The notes beneath the pieces are model-generated. The model saw only the letters and a list, made by a program, of their open reading frames with translations. It did not search any database and was not told the origin of the DNA. Position numbers and translations under genes: made by a program. A stretch of DNA of 36,776 nucleotides from Minisyncoccota bacterium. GTDB lineage: Bacteria > Patescibacteriota > Minisyncoccia > Phycocordibacterales > Phycocordibacteraceae. The stretch spans positions 1-36,776 of the forward strand of contig DASTHB010000019.1 of assembly GCA_035718415.1 (NCBI GenBank), given 5' to 3'. Shown in pieces: positions 1 to 8,960 of this stretch. Positions within the stretch are counted from its first letter, which is position 1. The number at the start of each line of letters is the position of its first letter.

Positions 1-1026
1 CTCAGCGGCGAGCATGCCGGCGATGTGCGCCATCTCTATCGAGTGCTGGAGCACGTTCTGGCCGAAGCTCGTACGGAAATGCAGTCGTCCGAGAAGCGCG
101 GTGAGCTTCGGGTCGAGCCCGACGACGCCCGCCTCATACGCCGCTTCCTCGCCCTTCTGCTTCACGATCTCCGCGACTTCCGCCTTTGTCTTTTCAACCG
201 TCTCCTCTATCTTCGCGGGCTGTATGCGGCCGTCGGCGATGAGCTTCTCAAGCGCCATTTTCGCTATCGCCCGGCGCAGAGGATCGAACGAGGAGAGCGT
301 GATGCGATCGGGGGCGTCATCAATGATGACGTCGACGCCCGTCGCGCGCTCGAAGCTCTTTATATTGCGCCCTTCCTTCCCGATGATCTTTCCTTTCACG
401 TCCGCGGAGGGAAGCGAAACGGACAGCGACATCACTTCCGCATTGACCGCGTTCGCCAGCCGATGGATGGTCGAGGTGAGTATCGAGCGGGCCTTATCCT
501 CGAGGAGTTCGCGGCCGTGCGTTTCGAGCTTCTGAAGGCGCGTCAATATCGCTTCCTCGTACGTCCGTTCGATCTCGGCGAACAATTCGTCCTTCGCGCG
601 GTCTTCGGATATGTTCGCGATCTTGGCGAGCTCGCGTTTGCGTTCCGCGATGAGCTTTTCCGCCTCGTTCCGTCTTCGTTCCACCTCCTGTTCGCGGGCG
701 CGCACGTCGTCTTCCTTGTCATCCAGGTCCTGCTGACGGGAATCGAGGAACCCTTCCCGCGCCGCTACGCGCTCCTCGCGGGTCGAGACCTTCTCTTCGC
801 GCTCCTCGACGGAAGCGAGCCGTTCCGTCTCGACGACTTCGCCTCGGAACTCCGCTTCCGCGATGATCTTCGCCGCCTGCTCCTTCGCTTGAAGCAGTTT
901 GTGCTTGATGTCGAGCTCGAGCGAGCCGCGCTGGGCGAGTCCGATAAGGACCCGTAGCACGTACCCGAGGACGATGCCGCCCACGCCCGAAAGCGCGAGC
1001 ATGATGAGTATTATTTTGAGTGACAT
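1..1026 (-). CDS. rny: Ribonuclease Y, N-terminal 342 codons (C-terminus runs off the window edge)
   Basis: Absent from the ORF track because it is open at the window edge. Reverse translation from the ATG at 1026-1024 gives the TM anchor MSLKIILIMLALSGVGGIVLGYV, a long E/K/R-rich helical region, the KH motif KGKIIGKEGRNIKSFERATGVDVIIDD, and the HD-domain start QNVLQHSIEMAHIAGMLAAE at positions 60-1. Confidence 0.9.
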   Translation of the reverse strand, partial: MSLKIILIMLALSGVGGIVLGYVLRVLIGLAQRGSLELDIKHKLLQAKEQAAKIIAEAEFRGEVVETERLASVEEREEKVSTREERVAAREGFLDSRQQDLDDKEDDVRAREQEVERRRNEAEKLIAERKRELAKIANISEDRAKDELFAEIERTYEEAILTRLQKLETHGRELLEDKARSILTSTIHRLANAVNAEVMSLSVSLPSADVKGKIIGKEGRNIKSFERATGVDVIIDDAPDRITLSSFDPLRRAIAKMALEKLIADGRIQPAKIEETVEKTKAEVAEIVKQKGEEAAYEAGVVGLDPKLTALLGRLHFRTSFGQNVLQHSIEMAHIAGMLAAE

Positions 1027-1228
1027 ACGGGCGCCCGTTTCATTAATCCCGACCCTTCAGGAGAGCCGAGCATGGATGCTAAAGAGGGAAGACGGTCAGG
1101 CAGGAAAGCGGTCGTGCGGCGGAGCGGTCGTAGCTAGAGCATACCACGCAGGAATCGTTGATTTTGCTATATTTTGTGTTATAACAGCCGCAGCTGCTGT
1201 TCATTCGTTCCCAAGAAAGGACATCCTT

Positions 1229-1876
1229 ATGTACTCCGAAGTCAGGGCTGACCCCGAGGCCGGCACGGCTCGCAAATGGCTGCTTGTCATAACGCTGGTT
1301 TCCGCCGCCGTCACGATCGTGTTCTGGAACACGCGGACCGCGTGGCTCATTGCACCGTTCGTCGCCGTGTTCGGCGGCTGGTTCCTCCAGCAAGTGTTCG
1401 CCGTCGCCTGGCAGAAGCACCGGATCGCGAGAAGGTACGGGAGGCATGCCTTCTGGACTCCGTTCTGGAAAGGGGAGAACTGGCACGACCTCGTTCGACT
1501 GGCCGATGAGGCAGACTCGGACATCCGCGCCCTCCGGAATACGGCCGGGCCGTTCTCCGACTATCACGGCGACAAGCTGCTCGATCTGATCAGAACAGCG
1601 GGATTCGACAGCGCCTTCGCTCTCCTCACGGCCGCACAGAAATGTCTGACCGAGCGCGAGAACGACATCATCCACCGCGGTCTCGTTCTCGGCCTCATGC
1701 CGGTCGAGACGCGCCGGATGATGGACGAGAAAGGCCTCGACGGCGCCGAAAAGTACCTGGAGGAAAAGGAGCGGGAGCCGCGAACGCGCTTAGGCGCGAA
1801 CGAGTGCATCCGCTCCGTTCTCGACCAGCACCGTTTCGGCCCGACGTCGGCGAAGGTTCTCAAGTTCGACAGATAG
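1229..1876 (+). CDS. Hypothetical membrane protein (two predicted N-terminal TM helices plus a soluble C-terminal domain)
   Basis: Internal Met of track ORF 899-1876. The upstream part overlaps rny and its promoter region. AAAGGA lies about 8 nt upstream of the ATG at 1229. Hydrophobic segments are WLLVITLVSAAVTIVFW and LIAPFVAVFGGWFLQQVFAVAW. I recognise no family. Confidence 0.55.
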   Translation: MYSEVRADPEAGTARKWLLVITLVSAAVTIVFWNTRTAWLIAPFVAVFGGWFLQQVFAVAWQKHRIARRYGRHAFWTPFWKGENWHDLVRLADEADSDIRALRNTAGPFSDYHGDKLLDLIRTAGFDSAFALLTAAQKCLTERENDIIHRGLVLGLMPVETRRMMDEKGLDGAEKYLEEKEREPRTRLGANECIRSVLDQHRFGPTSAKVLKFDR

Positions 1877-1886
1877 CATGCTCATT

Positions 1887-1912
1887 CAGGGCGGATCTCC
1901 GGATCCGCCCTG
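1887..1912 (+). terminator. Intrinsic terminator hairpin after the 1229-1876 gene
   Basis: CAGGGCGGATC (1887-1897) pairs with GATCCGCCCTG (1902-1912). This gives an 11-bp stem and a 4-nt loop, followed by TTCATTTA. Confidence 0.55.
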
Positions 1913-1983
1913 TTCATTTATGCGCCGGGACTGCGCGCGCCGCGCTATAACGAGGAGAGGTGCACACTTACAAGGAGGAAGAT

Positions 1984-2220
1984 ATGCGGCCTTCCATCGG
2001 CAAGGCGATGAACGTCGCCGGCGTCTGTCTCATCGCCAGCGCGGTGCTCATGAATCTCACGTTCCTTTTCGATCCGATGCTCTCGCTTCGGTTCGCGTAC
2101 GCAACGCTTGCGATGGCGCTCGTCCTGTTCGGTTTCATCGGCTACGCCCTCCTCTACCTCTGCTGGGCGTTCTGCGCCACGCTCGTGCGGCCGAGCGAAC
2201 CGCCTCTGGTCGGAAAATGA
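1984..2220 (+). CDS. Small hypothetical membrane protein (78 aa, two TM helices)
   Basis: A strong Shine-Dalgarno AAGGAGGA lies 4 nt upstream of the ATG at 1984, which is an internal Met of track ORF 1960-2220. Hydrophobic segments are VAGVCLIASAVLMNLTFLF and LAMALVLFGFIGYALLYLCWAF. Confidence 0.55.
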   Translation: MRPSIGKAMNVAGVCLIASAVLMNLTFLFDPMLSLRFAYATLAMALVLFGFIGYALLYLCWAFCATLVRPSEPPLVGK

Positions 2221-2224
2221 AAAA

Positions 2225-2249
2225 GCCCGCAACCGTCCTGGTTGCGGGC
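2225..2249. terminator. Bidirectional terminator between the convergent small membrane gene and clpP
   Basis: GCCCGCAACC (2225-2234) pairs with GGTTGCGGGC (2240-2249) around a 5-nt loop. An A-run lies on the left, which reads as a T-run on the minus strand after clpP. TTCTCC lies on the right. Confidence 0.7.
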
Positions 2250-2265
2250 TTCTCCTCTGCCCTAA

Positions 2266-2865
2266 TCACTTGAAGACCTGATCGACGATGCCGTACTTCT
2301 TCGCCTCGTCGGCGGTCATGAAGAAATCGCGCTCAACGTCCTTCTCGACTTTCGACAGCGGCTGGCCCGAGTTCTTCGAAAGGATCTGGTTGAGGCGCTC
2401 GCGGAGCTTCAGTATCTGCTTCGCGGTGATCTCGATGTCGGTCGCCTGGCCTTCCGCGCCGCCGTGCGGCTGGTGGATCATCACTTCCGCGTTCGGCAGC
2501 GCGAAACGCTTTCCTTTCTCTCCTGCGGAAAGGAGGATGGCGGCGCCCGAGGCGGCCATGCCGACGCAGACGGTCGAGACCGCCGGCTTCACATGGTTCA
2601 TCGTGTCCACCATGGCGAGCGTGGCCGTGACCGACCCGCCCGGCGAATTGATGTAGAGATGAATGTCTTTCTTCGGGTCCTCCGCTTCGAGGAAAAGGAG
2701 CTGGGCGATGACGAGATTCGCGACGTCATCATCGATAGGACCGCCGAGGAAGACGATGCGTTCCTTGAGAAGACGCGAATAGATATCGTACGCACGTTCG
2801 CCGAACTGGCTCTTCTCGATGACCATCGGTACGAGCATGGACGCGCGCGGTGTGGTGTTATGCAT
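2266..2865 (-). CDS. clpP: ATP-dependent Clp protease proteolytic subunit
   Basis: Family hallmarks are [33 protein letters not shown], the catalytic-Ser region GMAASGAA and the His region MIHQP. An alternative start at Met10 (2838) would match the canonical N-terminus MLVPMVIE. Confidence 0.95.
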   Translation of the reverse strand: MHNTTPRASMLVPMVIEKSQFGERAYDIYSRLLKERIVFLGGPIDDDVANLVIAQLLFLEAEDPKKDIHLYINSPGGSVTATLAMVDTMNHVKPAVSTVCVGMAASGAAILLSAGEKGKRFALPNAEVMIHQPHGGAEGQATDIEITAKQILKLRERLNQILSKNSGQPLSKVEKDVERDFFMTADEAKKYGIVDQVFK

Positions 2866-2866
2866 A

Positions 2867-3055
2867 TTAGTTCGTGATATCAGAAGCGGTCTGAGTAATG
2901 AGTGAATTCTGCTCCGTGATGCGTTTCCCCCAGGAATAGAAGGCGCCGATGAGGATCATGAGCACGATGATAACGATGGAGATGACGACGCCCCAGGACT
3001 GCGCCTTGGCGGACGGCGCTCCGGGCTGTGCTTGCATCAGGGTAGCGTCCTGCAT
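2867..3055 (-). CDS. Small hypothetical single-pass membrane protein (62 aa)
   Basis: Internal Met of track ORF 2867-3115, chosen so that it does not overlap ppa (ppa stop at 3057). It has one TM helix, [22 protein letters not shown], and sits between ppa and clpP in the same orientation. Confidence 0.4.
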   Translation of the reverse strand: MQDATLMQAQPGAPSAKAQSWGVVISIVIIVLMILIGAFYSWGKRITEQNSLITQTASDITN

Positions 3056-3056
3056 G

Positions 3057-3575
3057 TTATTTGCCGGAAAGATACATGGCGCGGCCTTTCTCGAACGCTG
3101 CTTCTCCTTCCGCACGGCCTTCGAATCCGGTGACGGACACCTGCTTGTTCTGCAGGTTCTTATAGGTCGAGTAGAAGTGCTCCATTTCCTTCAGCGTGTG
3201 CGCATTGATGTCGCGCAGGTCCTTCACCTCTTTCCAGCGCGGATCATCGACGGGCACGGCGATGACCTTGTCATCAACGTCCCCTGAGTCGACCATTTTC
3301 ATGAGCGCGACCGGGCGTGCGCGGACGAGTATGCCGGGAACGAGCGGATACGTCGTGAGCAGTATCACGTCGAGCGCATCGCCGTCTTCCCACAGGGTCT
3401 GCGGAACGAAACCGTAATCGAACGGGAAATTCTGCGCCGTGTGCGCGACGCGGTCGAGGGCGATGAGGCCCGTCTTCTTGTCGATCTCGTACTTATTGTG
3501 CGAGCCCTTCGGGACTTCGACGATGACGTTCATCTCCTCCTTCGTGCCCGGATCAATGTCGTGAAGTAGGTTCAT
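3057..3575 (-). CDS. ppa: Inorganic pyrophosphatase (family I)
   Basis: Motifs are VIVEVPKGSHNKYEID, FPFDYGFVPQT, GDALDVIL and DDKVIAVPVDDP. Confidence 0.95.
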   Translation of the reverse strand: MNLLHDIDPGTKEEMNVIVEVPKGSHNKYEIDKKTGLIALDRVAHTAQNFPFDYGFVPQTLWEDGDALDVILLTTYPLVPGILVRARPVALMKMVDSGDVDDKVIAVPVDDPRWKEVKDLRDINAHTLKEMEHFYSTYKNLQNKQVSVTGFEGRAEGEAAFEKGRAMYLSGK

Positions 3576-3582
3576 ACGCGTG

Positions 3583-3588
3583 ATTATA
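3583..3588 (-). promoter_or_regulatory. -10 hexamer TATAAT located 7 nt upstream of the ppa ATG (leaderless-type promoter)
   Basis: The minus strand reads CTTGTATAATCACGCGT-ATG. No Shine-Dalgarno sequence can fit in the 7-nt spacer. Confidence 0.45.
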
Positions 3589-3629
3589 CAAGAGCTGGTA
3601 GTGGCCCGCGAGCGGATGACGCGCGGCGC

Positions 3630-5009
3630 TTATTGGTCGTCCTTGGCGGGATCGCGGTCTTCCTTCTGATCGGCGACGGTCTCATCGGAGTCCGGCATCG
3701 ACGCGAGCTCCTCTTCAGCGGGCAGGGCCGTCTCCTGCGCTTCAGGAACGACGATGGCCTCTTCCGATTCGGTGGGTGAGACGCCGGCTTCGACGGCCGG
3801 ATCGTTTGCGGCTTCTTCGTCTGCGGGAGCCATTTCCACGTTATCGCCGTCGGATTCCGCGACTTCCGCACCGCCCGCCGAGACGATGTCGATGTTCCAG
3901 CCGGTCAGCTTCGCGGCAAGACGGACATTCTGCCCGCCGCGGCCGATCGCAAGCGACTGCTCATCCTCCGAAACGGTGACGACAGCGCGGTGGTCTTCCT
4001 CATTGAGCTCCACCGAGAGCGGCGTCGCCGGTGAAAGCGCTTCCTTCACGAACTCCTTCGCGTCATCGTTCCATTCGATGATGTCGATACGCTCGCCGCC
4101 GAGCTCGCTCATGACGGTCGAGACGCGGACGCCGCGCTGGCCGACAAGAGAGCCGACCGGGTCAACGTGCGGATCAAGGGAGGAGAGCGCTATCTTCGTG
4201 CGGCTTCCCGGTTCGCGGGCGAGCGCCTTCACTTCGATGGCCCCTGACGCGAGCTCCGGTGCTTCGAGCTCGAAGAGCTTCACGACGAACTTCGGGTGGG
4301 CGCGCGACAGACGGAGGTACACCCCACGGAATCCCTCATCTACCGCATAGAGGTACGCGCGGATGCGCTCGCCCATGCGATAGCGTTCGCCCGGGATCTG
4401 CTCCTCGTAGGGAATGATGCCGGTCGTGCGTCCGAGATCGACGAATATCGCGCCGCGTTCCATGCGCTGCACGATGCCGGACACGATCTCGCCCTTCTTC
4501 TCGCCGAATTCCTCCATCATGGAGAGCTTCTCGGCCTCGCGCACCTTCTGAATCACGACCTGTTTCGCGGTCTGCGCTGCGATGCGGCCGAAATCGTCCT
4601 GCGGTTCGAGCGGGAATATGAGCTCTTCGCCCACTTCCGCGGTGCGCTTGATGAGTTTCGCGTCCGCGAGGAGGATATGTTTCTCGGGATCGAATCGCGG
4701 CAGCTCGCCCTCAGCGAGATGCTCTTCGTCCATATGGAAGGCATGCGGGTGCGCGTGCTCTTCGATGACCTCTTCTCCCTCCTCCGGGAAGCGGACCGTG
4801 GTCTCGTCGACGACGGTCTTCACCTGCTCGAACGCGACCGTGCCCGAATTCATGTCGAGCTTCGCGCGGATGACTTGCCCGCGCTTGCCGTACTCGCGCT
4901 TGTACGCGGTGGCCATGGCGCTCTCGATGGCGCCCAGCATGGTCTCACGGCTGATGCCGCGGTCTTCGAATTCCCCGAGAACTGCATTGATGGTTTTGAG
5001 GTCTATCAT
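3630..5009 (-). CDS. nusA: Transcription termination/antitermination factor NusA with a long acidic C-terminal tail
   Basis: The N-terminal domain begins LGEFEDRGISRETMLGAIESAMATAYKREYG. The S1 region is GEIVSGIVQRMERGAIFVDLG. The KH regions are DPVGSLVGQRGVRV and LAIGRGGQNVRLAAKLTGWNIDI. About the last 75 aa are Asp/Glu/Ala/Pro-rich. Confidence 0.93.
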   Translation of the reverse strand: MIDLKTINAVLGEFEDRGISRETMLGAIESAMATAYKREYGKRGQVIRAKLDMNSGTVAFEQVKTVVDETTVRFPEEGEEVIEEHAHPHAFHMDEEHLAEGELPRFDPEKHILLADAKLIKRTAEVGEELIFPLEPQDDFGRIAAQTAKQVVIQKVREAEKLSMMEEFGEKKGEIVSGIVQRMERGAIFVDLGRTTGIIPYEEQIPGERYRMGERIRAYLYAVDEGFRGVYLRLSRAHPKFVVKLFELEAPELASGAIEVKALAREPGSRTKIALSSLDPHVDPVGSLVGQRGVRVSTVMSELGGERIDIIEWNDDAKEFVKEALSPATPLSVELNEEDHRAVVTVSEDEQSLAIGRGGQNVRLAAKLTGWNIDIVSAGGAEVAESDGDNVEMAPADEEAANDPAVEAGVSPTESEEAIVVPEAQETALPAEEELASMPDSDETVADQKEDRDPAKDDQ

Positions 5010-5040
5010 ATGGAATGTGTATGTCGCACTTTTGTAATGA

Positions 5041-5058
5041 AAGCCCCTCCCGGGGCTT
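5041..5058 (-). terminator. Putative terminator hairpin downstream of the 5111-5506 membrane gene
   Basis: AAGCCCC (5041-5047) pairs with GGGGCTT (5052-5058) around a 4-nt loop. The T-run is better on the plus strand (TTTTCGTTGTTT) than on the minus strand, so function and direction are uncertain. Confidence 0.4.
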
Positions 5059-5110
5059 TTCGTTGTTTATAAGGTACCAGCCGAACCGTGTTGCGTCAAG
5101 AGTACCGCTA

Positions 5111-5506
5111 TTACTTAGTTTCCTTGATAGTTTTGATCCCGATGTTGAAAAAGACCAGGGCCAAGAGAGCAAAGAATATGATGAAAATTTCTCCAATTCC
5201 TGCCCAGCCGTCGCCTGTCCAATCGTGTAAGAACCAATAGATAGTAATACCGATACTGCCGAGGACGCCAATTCCACCTCCGATCGCAAAAACCCATCCG
5301 ATGATTCTCGTTATAGTACGCGAGAGAGGAGACGCATCATCCATTTTTTGTTTTGAAAAAAACAATCCTAAAAGAAGGCCGCATATAGGACCTATCACCA
5401 GCGACCCGCCGAGACCTATCGTTCGACCAAGATCACTAAGATTCCAGGCGAATATCGGTCCAAGAAACAACCCTAATAGCACCCAAAAAAGTATTTTCGA
5501 ATTCAT
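5111..5506 (-). CDS. Hypothetical polytopic membrane protein (131 aa, about 4 TM helices) in an AT-richer patch
   Basis: Internal Met (MNSKILFWVLLGLFLGPIF) of track ORF 5111-5569. A TATAAT (5518-5513) lies 6 nt upstream of this ATG. The sequence is visibly more AT-rich than its neighbours. Confidence 0.6.
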   Translation of the reverse strand: MNSKILFWVLLGLFLGPIFAWNLSDLGRTIGLGGSLVIGPICGLLLGLFFSKQKMDDASPLSRTITRIIGWVFAIGGGIGVLGSIGITIYWFLHDWTGDGWAGIGEIFIIFFALLALVFFNIGIKTIKETK

Positions 5507-5512
5507 AGGAAA

Positions 5513-5518
5513 ATTATA
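5513..5518 (-). promoter_or_regulatory. -10 hexamer TATAAT located 6 nt upstream of the ATG at 5506
   Basis: The minus strand reads GCGGTATAATTTTCCT-ATG. Confidence 0.4.
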
Positions 5519-5590
5519 CCGCATATGAGTCTCCCGAGCGGGCGCCACCCAATCACGAGGAAAACGCACTAACGGTGCTCATGGGCGCGC

Positions 5591-5596
5591 TATACT
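5591..5596 (+). promoter_or_regulatory. -10 hexamer TATACT located 9 nt upstream of the pilB ATG
   Basis: The sequence reads GCGCTATACTTTAGCCAAT-ATG, with no Shine-Dalgarno sequence. Confidence 0.45.
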
Positions 5597-5605
5597 TTAG
5601 CCAAT

Positions 5606-7354
5606 ATGCACGTTTCAGAAGGCGAGCTGAAAGAATTCATTGCCGACTCCGGCCTTGTCGCTAAGAAAGAGCTTGATGATGCGGTCGAGGAAGCGGCGCG
5701 GCGCAAGCAATCCTTGGGCGACATCCTGGTGTCGCGCGGTCTCATCACCGAAGACGCGCTCCGACGCATCCAGGCGTACGTGCTCGGCATCCCGTTCGTG
5801 AACCTGCGGGACCACCGCATACCTATAGAAGTGCTCGCGCTCATCCCGGAACCTATCGCGCGCACGCACAACATCATCGCATTCAAGAAGGAAGGCGACT
5901 CCCTCGAAGTCGCCATGCTCGACGTCGAGGACCTCGCCTCGATCGACTCCGTGCGGAAGAAGACCGGCCTCAAGATACAGGCGCGCCTCACCGACACGGA
6001 AAGCATCAAGTTCGCGCTTCAGCAGTACCAGAAATCCCTGAAAGACGAGTTCGGGGACATCATCATGGAAGAGGCAGGGAAGATTCACCTTGTCGATGAG
6101 AACGCGAAAGACCTGTCCGGGGAAGACCTGAAGCAGATGGCGGAAGAGCTCCCCATCGTCCGCATCGTCGACACGCTTCTGCGCCATGCCATTTCCCAGG
6201 GCGCGTCCGACATCCACATCGAGCAGATGGAAGACCAGGTCTTGGTGCGCTATCGCATCGACGGCGTGCTCCACGATGCGATGAATCTCCCCAAAAGCGC
6301 CGGGCCGGGACTCGTCGCGCGCATCAAGGTGCTCTCGAACCTGAAGCTCGACGAGAAGCGGCTGCCGCAGGACGGCCGCTTCAAGATGGTAACGGAAGCC
6401 GACAAGGTGTCGTTCCGCGTTTCCATACTTCCCACGTTCTTCGGCGAGAAGATCGTCATGCGGCTTCTCCGCGAGACCGGCGAGGGATTCACCATGGAAG
6501 CGCTCGGTATTCACGGCTATAACCTCGAGCACATCCATCACGCGCTCAAACAGACGACCGGCATCATCCTCGTGTCGGGACCCACGGGCTCCGGCAAGAC
6601 GACGACGCTCTATACGATGCTCGATATCCTCAACCAGCCGGACGTGAACATCTCGACCATCGAGGACCCGATCGAGTACCAAATGAAACGCATCAATCAG
6701 ACGCAGGTGAACGCCGACATCGGCTTCACGTTCGCGAACGGATTGCGTTCGCTCGTCCGCCAGGACCCGGACATCATCATGGTCGGCGAGATCCGCGATA
6801 ACGAGACGGCATCGCTTGCCATAAACGCCGCGCTCACGGGGCACCTCGTGCTTTCGACCATACACACGAACAGCGCTGCCGGCGCGATACCTCGCCTCAT
6901 GGACATGGGCGTCGAGCCGTTCCTTCTCGTGTCGACCATCCGCGTCATCATCGGCCAGCGCCTCGTCCGCAAGCTCTGCCCGACGAAGGAAGGCTATACC
7001 CTCGACAAGACCGCGCGTGCGAAGATCGGCACCGACGAGCAATTCCACGTCGCGTACCAGGCGCTCCTCGATGAGAAGCTCGTCCCGAAGGAAACGTCGC
7101 TCGATAAGATACAGTTCTTCCGCCCCACGGCGTCGGCAGAATGCGAAGACGGGTACAAAGGCCGCATCGGCATCCATGAGGTGCTCGCCGTCTCTCCGGC
7201 GATACGCGACATCATCATCCACGAGAGCACCTCGGACGCCATCGAAGCGGAGGCGAGGAAGGAAGGCATGCTCACCATGTTCGAAGACGGCCTTTATAAG
7301 GCGGCCCGCGGCATCACGTCGATCGAGGAAGTGCTCCGCGCCGTGAGCGAATAA
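5606..7354 (+). CDS. pilB: Type IV pilus assembly / type II secretion ATPase, GspE/PilB family
   Basis: The N-terminal T2SSE_N-like domain includes LGDILVSRGLITEDAL...IPEPIARTHNIIAF. Walker A is SGPTGSGKTTTLY, Walker B is DPDIIMVGEIRD, and the His box is GHLVLSTIHTN. Confidence 0.93.
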   Translation: MHVSEGELKEFIADSGLVAKKELDDAVEEAARRKQSLGDILVSRGLITEDALRRIQAYVLGIPFVNLRDHRIPIEVLALIPEPIARTHNIIAFKKEGDSLEVAMLDVEDLASIDSVRKKTGLKIQARLTDTESIKFALQQYQKSLKDEFGDIIMEEAGKIHLVDENAKDLSGEDLKQMAEELPIVRIVDTLLRHAISQGASDIHIEQMEDQVLVRYRIDGVLHDAMNLPKSAGPGLVARIKVLSNLKLDEKRLPQDGRFKMVTEADKVSFRVSILPTFFGEKIVMRLLRETGEGFTMEALGIHGYNLEHIHHALKQTTGIILVSGPTGSGKTTTLYTMLDILNQPDVNISTIEDPIEYQMKRINQTQVNADIGFTFANGLRSLVRQDPDIIMVGEIRDNETASLAINAALTGHLVLSTIHTNSAAGAIPRLMDMGVEPFLLVSTIRVIIGQRLVRKLCPTKEGYTLDKTARAKIGTDEQFHVAYQALLDEKLVPKETSLDKIQFFRPTASAECEDGYKGRIGIHEVLAVSPAIRDIIIHESTSDAIEAEARKEGMLTMFEDGLYKAARGITSIEEVLRAVSE

Positions 7355-7357
7355 CGT

Positions 7358-8575
7358 ATGCGGTTCTACGTCACCATCCGCAAGCAGGGTGCGCCCGACG
7401 AGACCCGCGCGATGGAGGCGGAGAACCGTTTCAAGGTATACGACCTCGTCCGGGATGAGGGCGGCTACGTGACCGCTATCCGCGAAGAGAGCAAGTTCTC
7501 GCTCTCCCATTTTTCGAAATTCAATATCCAGTTCGGCAGCGGCGTCAAGAAGATGGAGATCGTTCGTCTGGCGAAGAATCTGTCGGCCATGATATCTGCG
7601 GGCCTGTCGCTCTCGCGCGCACTGTCCGTCATCGAGCGTCAATCGAGCAATAAGCGCCTCAAGGCGGTCGTCGTCGGTATCTCCGAATCGATTCGCACGG
7701 GCGCCTCGCTCCACGAATCGCTCGCGAAATACCCGGCGGTGTTCCCGAAGATATTCGTCGCCATGGTAAAGGCCGGCGAGGAGTCCGGTTCGCTCACCGA
7801 GTCGCTTCTCGTGGTCGCGCTGCAGATGGAACGCTCGGACGAGCTCATCCGCAAGATACGCGGAGCGATGATCTATCCCGCTATCGTCATATCCGTCGTT
7901 ATCCTGGTCGGCGTGCTCATGCTCATCTATGTGGTGCCGACGCTGACCGCGACGTTCAAGTCGCTCAAAGTGCAGGTGCCGCTCGCGACCCGCATCGTCG
8001 TCGCGCTTTCGGATTTCATGGCGGCGCACGTTATCACCGTTTTCCTTATCATCGCCGCGGTCATCGCGGGAGCCATCCTGTTCGTACGGTCGGACCGGGG
8101 CGGCCGCATCGTGCTCTCCGGCTCGCTCAAGATGCCGGTCATCGGGGAGCTCGTCCGCGAAACGTATTCGGCGCGCGCGGCGCGAACGCTCTCGTCGCTC
8201 CTTTCGGCGGGCGTGCCGGTGCTCGAAGCGCTCAGCATCACGAAAGAGGTCGTGCACGCCCCGGCTTTCGCTGACGTCATCACGGAAGCGGAGGAGCACG
8301 TGCGCAAAGGCGACCCGCTGTCCGCCGCCTTCGAAGAGCACACGAAACTCTACCCGGTCCTTATGGGCGACATGCTGTCGGTCGGCGAGGAAACGGGACG
8401 CATGGCCGACATGCTGAAGCAGATCGCCGAATACTACGAGTCGGACGTCGCGGAGAAGACGAAGGACCTGTCGACCATCATCGAGCCGGTGCTCATGGTC
8501 TTCATCGGCGCATTCGTCGGTGTCTTCGCCATCGCCATGATCGCGCCGATCTATCAGCTCTCCTCCGCCATCTGA
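7358..8575 (+). CDS. pilC: Type IV pilus platform protein, GspF/PilC family
   Basis: It is 405 aa with a duplicated T2SSF architecture. The first repeat contains LAKNLSAMISAGLSLSRAL and the second contains RTLSSLLSAGVPVLEAL, each followed by TM helices. It starts 3 nt after the pilB stop. Confidence 0.9.
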   Translation: MRFYVTIRKQGAPDETRAMEAENRFKVYDLVRDEGGYVTAIREESKFSLSHFSKFNIQFGSGVKKMEIVRLAKNLSAMISAGLSLSRALSVIERQSSNKRLKAVVVGISESIRTGASLHESLAKYPAVFPKIFVAMVKAGEESGSLTESLLVVALQMERSDELIRKIRGAMIYPAIVISVVILVGVLMLIYVVPTLTATFKSLKVQVPLATRIVVALSDFMAAHVITVFLIIAAVIAGAILFVRSDRGGRIVLSGSLKMPVIGELVRETYSARAARTLSSLLSAGVPVLEALSITKEVVHAPAFADVITEAEEHVRKGDPLSAAFEEHTKLYPVLMGDMLSVGEETGRMADMLKQIAEYYESDVAEKTKDLSTIIEPVLMVFIGAFVGVFAIAMIAPIYQLSSAI

Positions 8576-8579
8576 TCCT

Positions 8580-8960
8580 ATGTCGCGCGGATTCTCCCTC
8601 ATCGAAGCGACGGCAGCAGTGGCGGTGATAAGCATCGTCATGCTCGGCACATCGTTGCTTTTGTCGCGGCTGCCGATAACGGGCAGGGAAGCCCGCGATC
8701 AGGACGTGGCGCTTCGCGTCGCGCGGACGCGCCTTGAGCTTCTGCAGGGGGGCGGCTATGCCGCCCTTCCCACGACGACGCCGATGGCGTTCAATGACTC
8801 GCTCCTCACGACGCTCGCGTCCTCGAGCGCATCGCTTACGGTGGCGGATTACGCGTCCACGACCAAGCGGGTCGATGTGAACGTCTCATGGCTCGGCTCG
8901 AAAGGCATGCGCACCATCACCCTCACCTCGCTCATTTCGCAGAGCGCCGGACTGCCATGA
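8580..8960 (+). CDS. Prepilin-type (class III signal peptide) pilin or pseudopilin, 126 aa
   Basis: The N-terminus MSRG/FSLIEATAAVAVISIVMLG has Gly at -1, Phe at +1 and Glu at +5, then a hydrophobic helix. Confidence 0.8.
   Translation: MSRGFSLIEATAAVAVISIVMLGTSLLLSRLPITGREARDQDVALRVARTRLELLQGGGYAALPTTTPMAFNDSLLTTLASSSASLTVADYASTTKRVDVNVSWLGSKGMRTITLTSLISQSAGLP

Noticed and set aside
25-957. A 310-aa plus-strand ORF at the left edge, together with ORF 14-535.
   Set aside because: It is antisense to RNase Y, whose TM anchor, KH domain and HD domain read cleanly on the minus strand. The plus-strand product has no motifs.
1027-1038. A perfect 12-nt palindrome ACGGGCGCCCGT immediately upstream of the rny start codon.
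   Set aside because: It occurs once, is GC-only, and is of a length that can arise by chance in GC-rich DNA. It could be an operator or a 5' hairpin, but nothing supports that.
5615-8650. A 1011-aa minus-strand ORF spanning the whole of pilB and pilC.
   Set aside because: It is antisense to two genes with unambiguous family motifs. Its product is low-complexity and R/D/E/H/G-rich with no recognisable motif. This is typical of stop-free antisense frames in GC-rich coding DNA.
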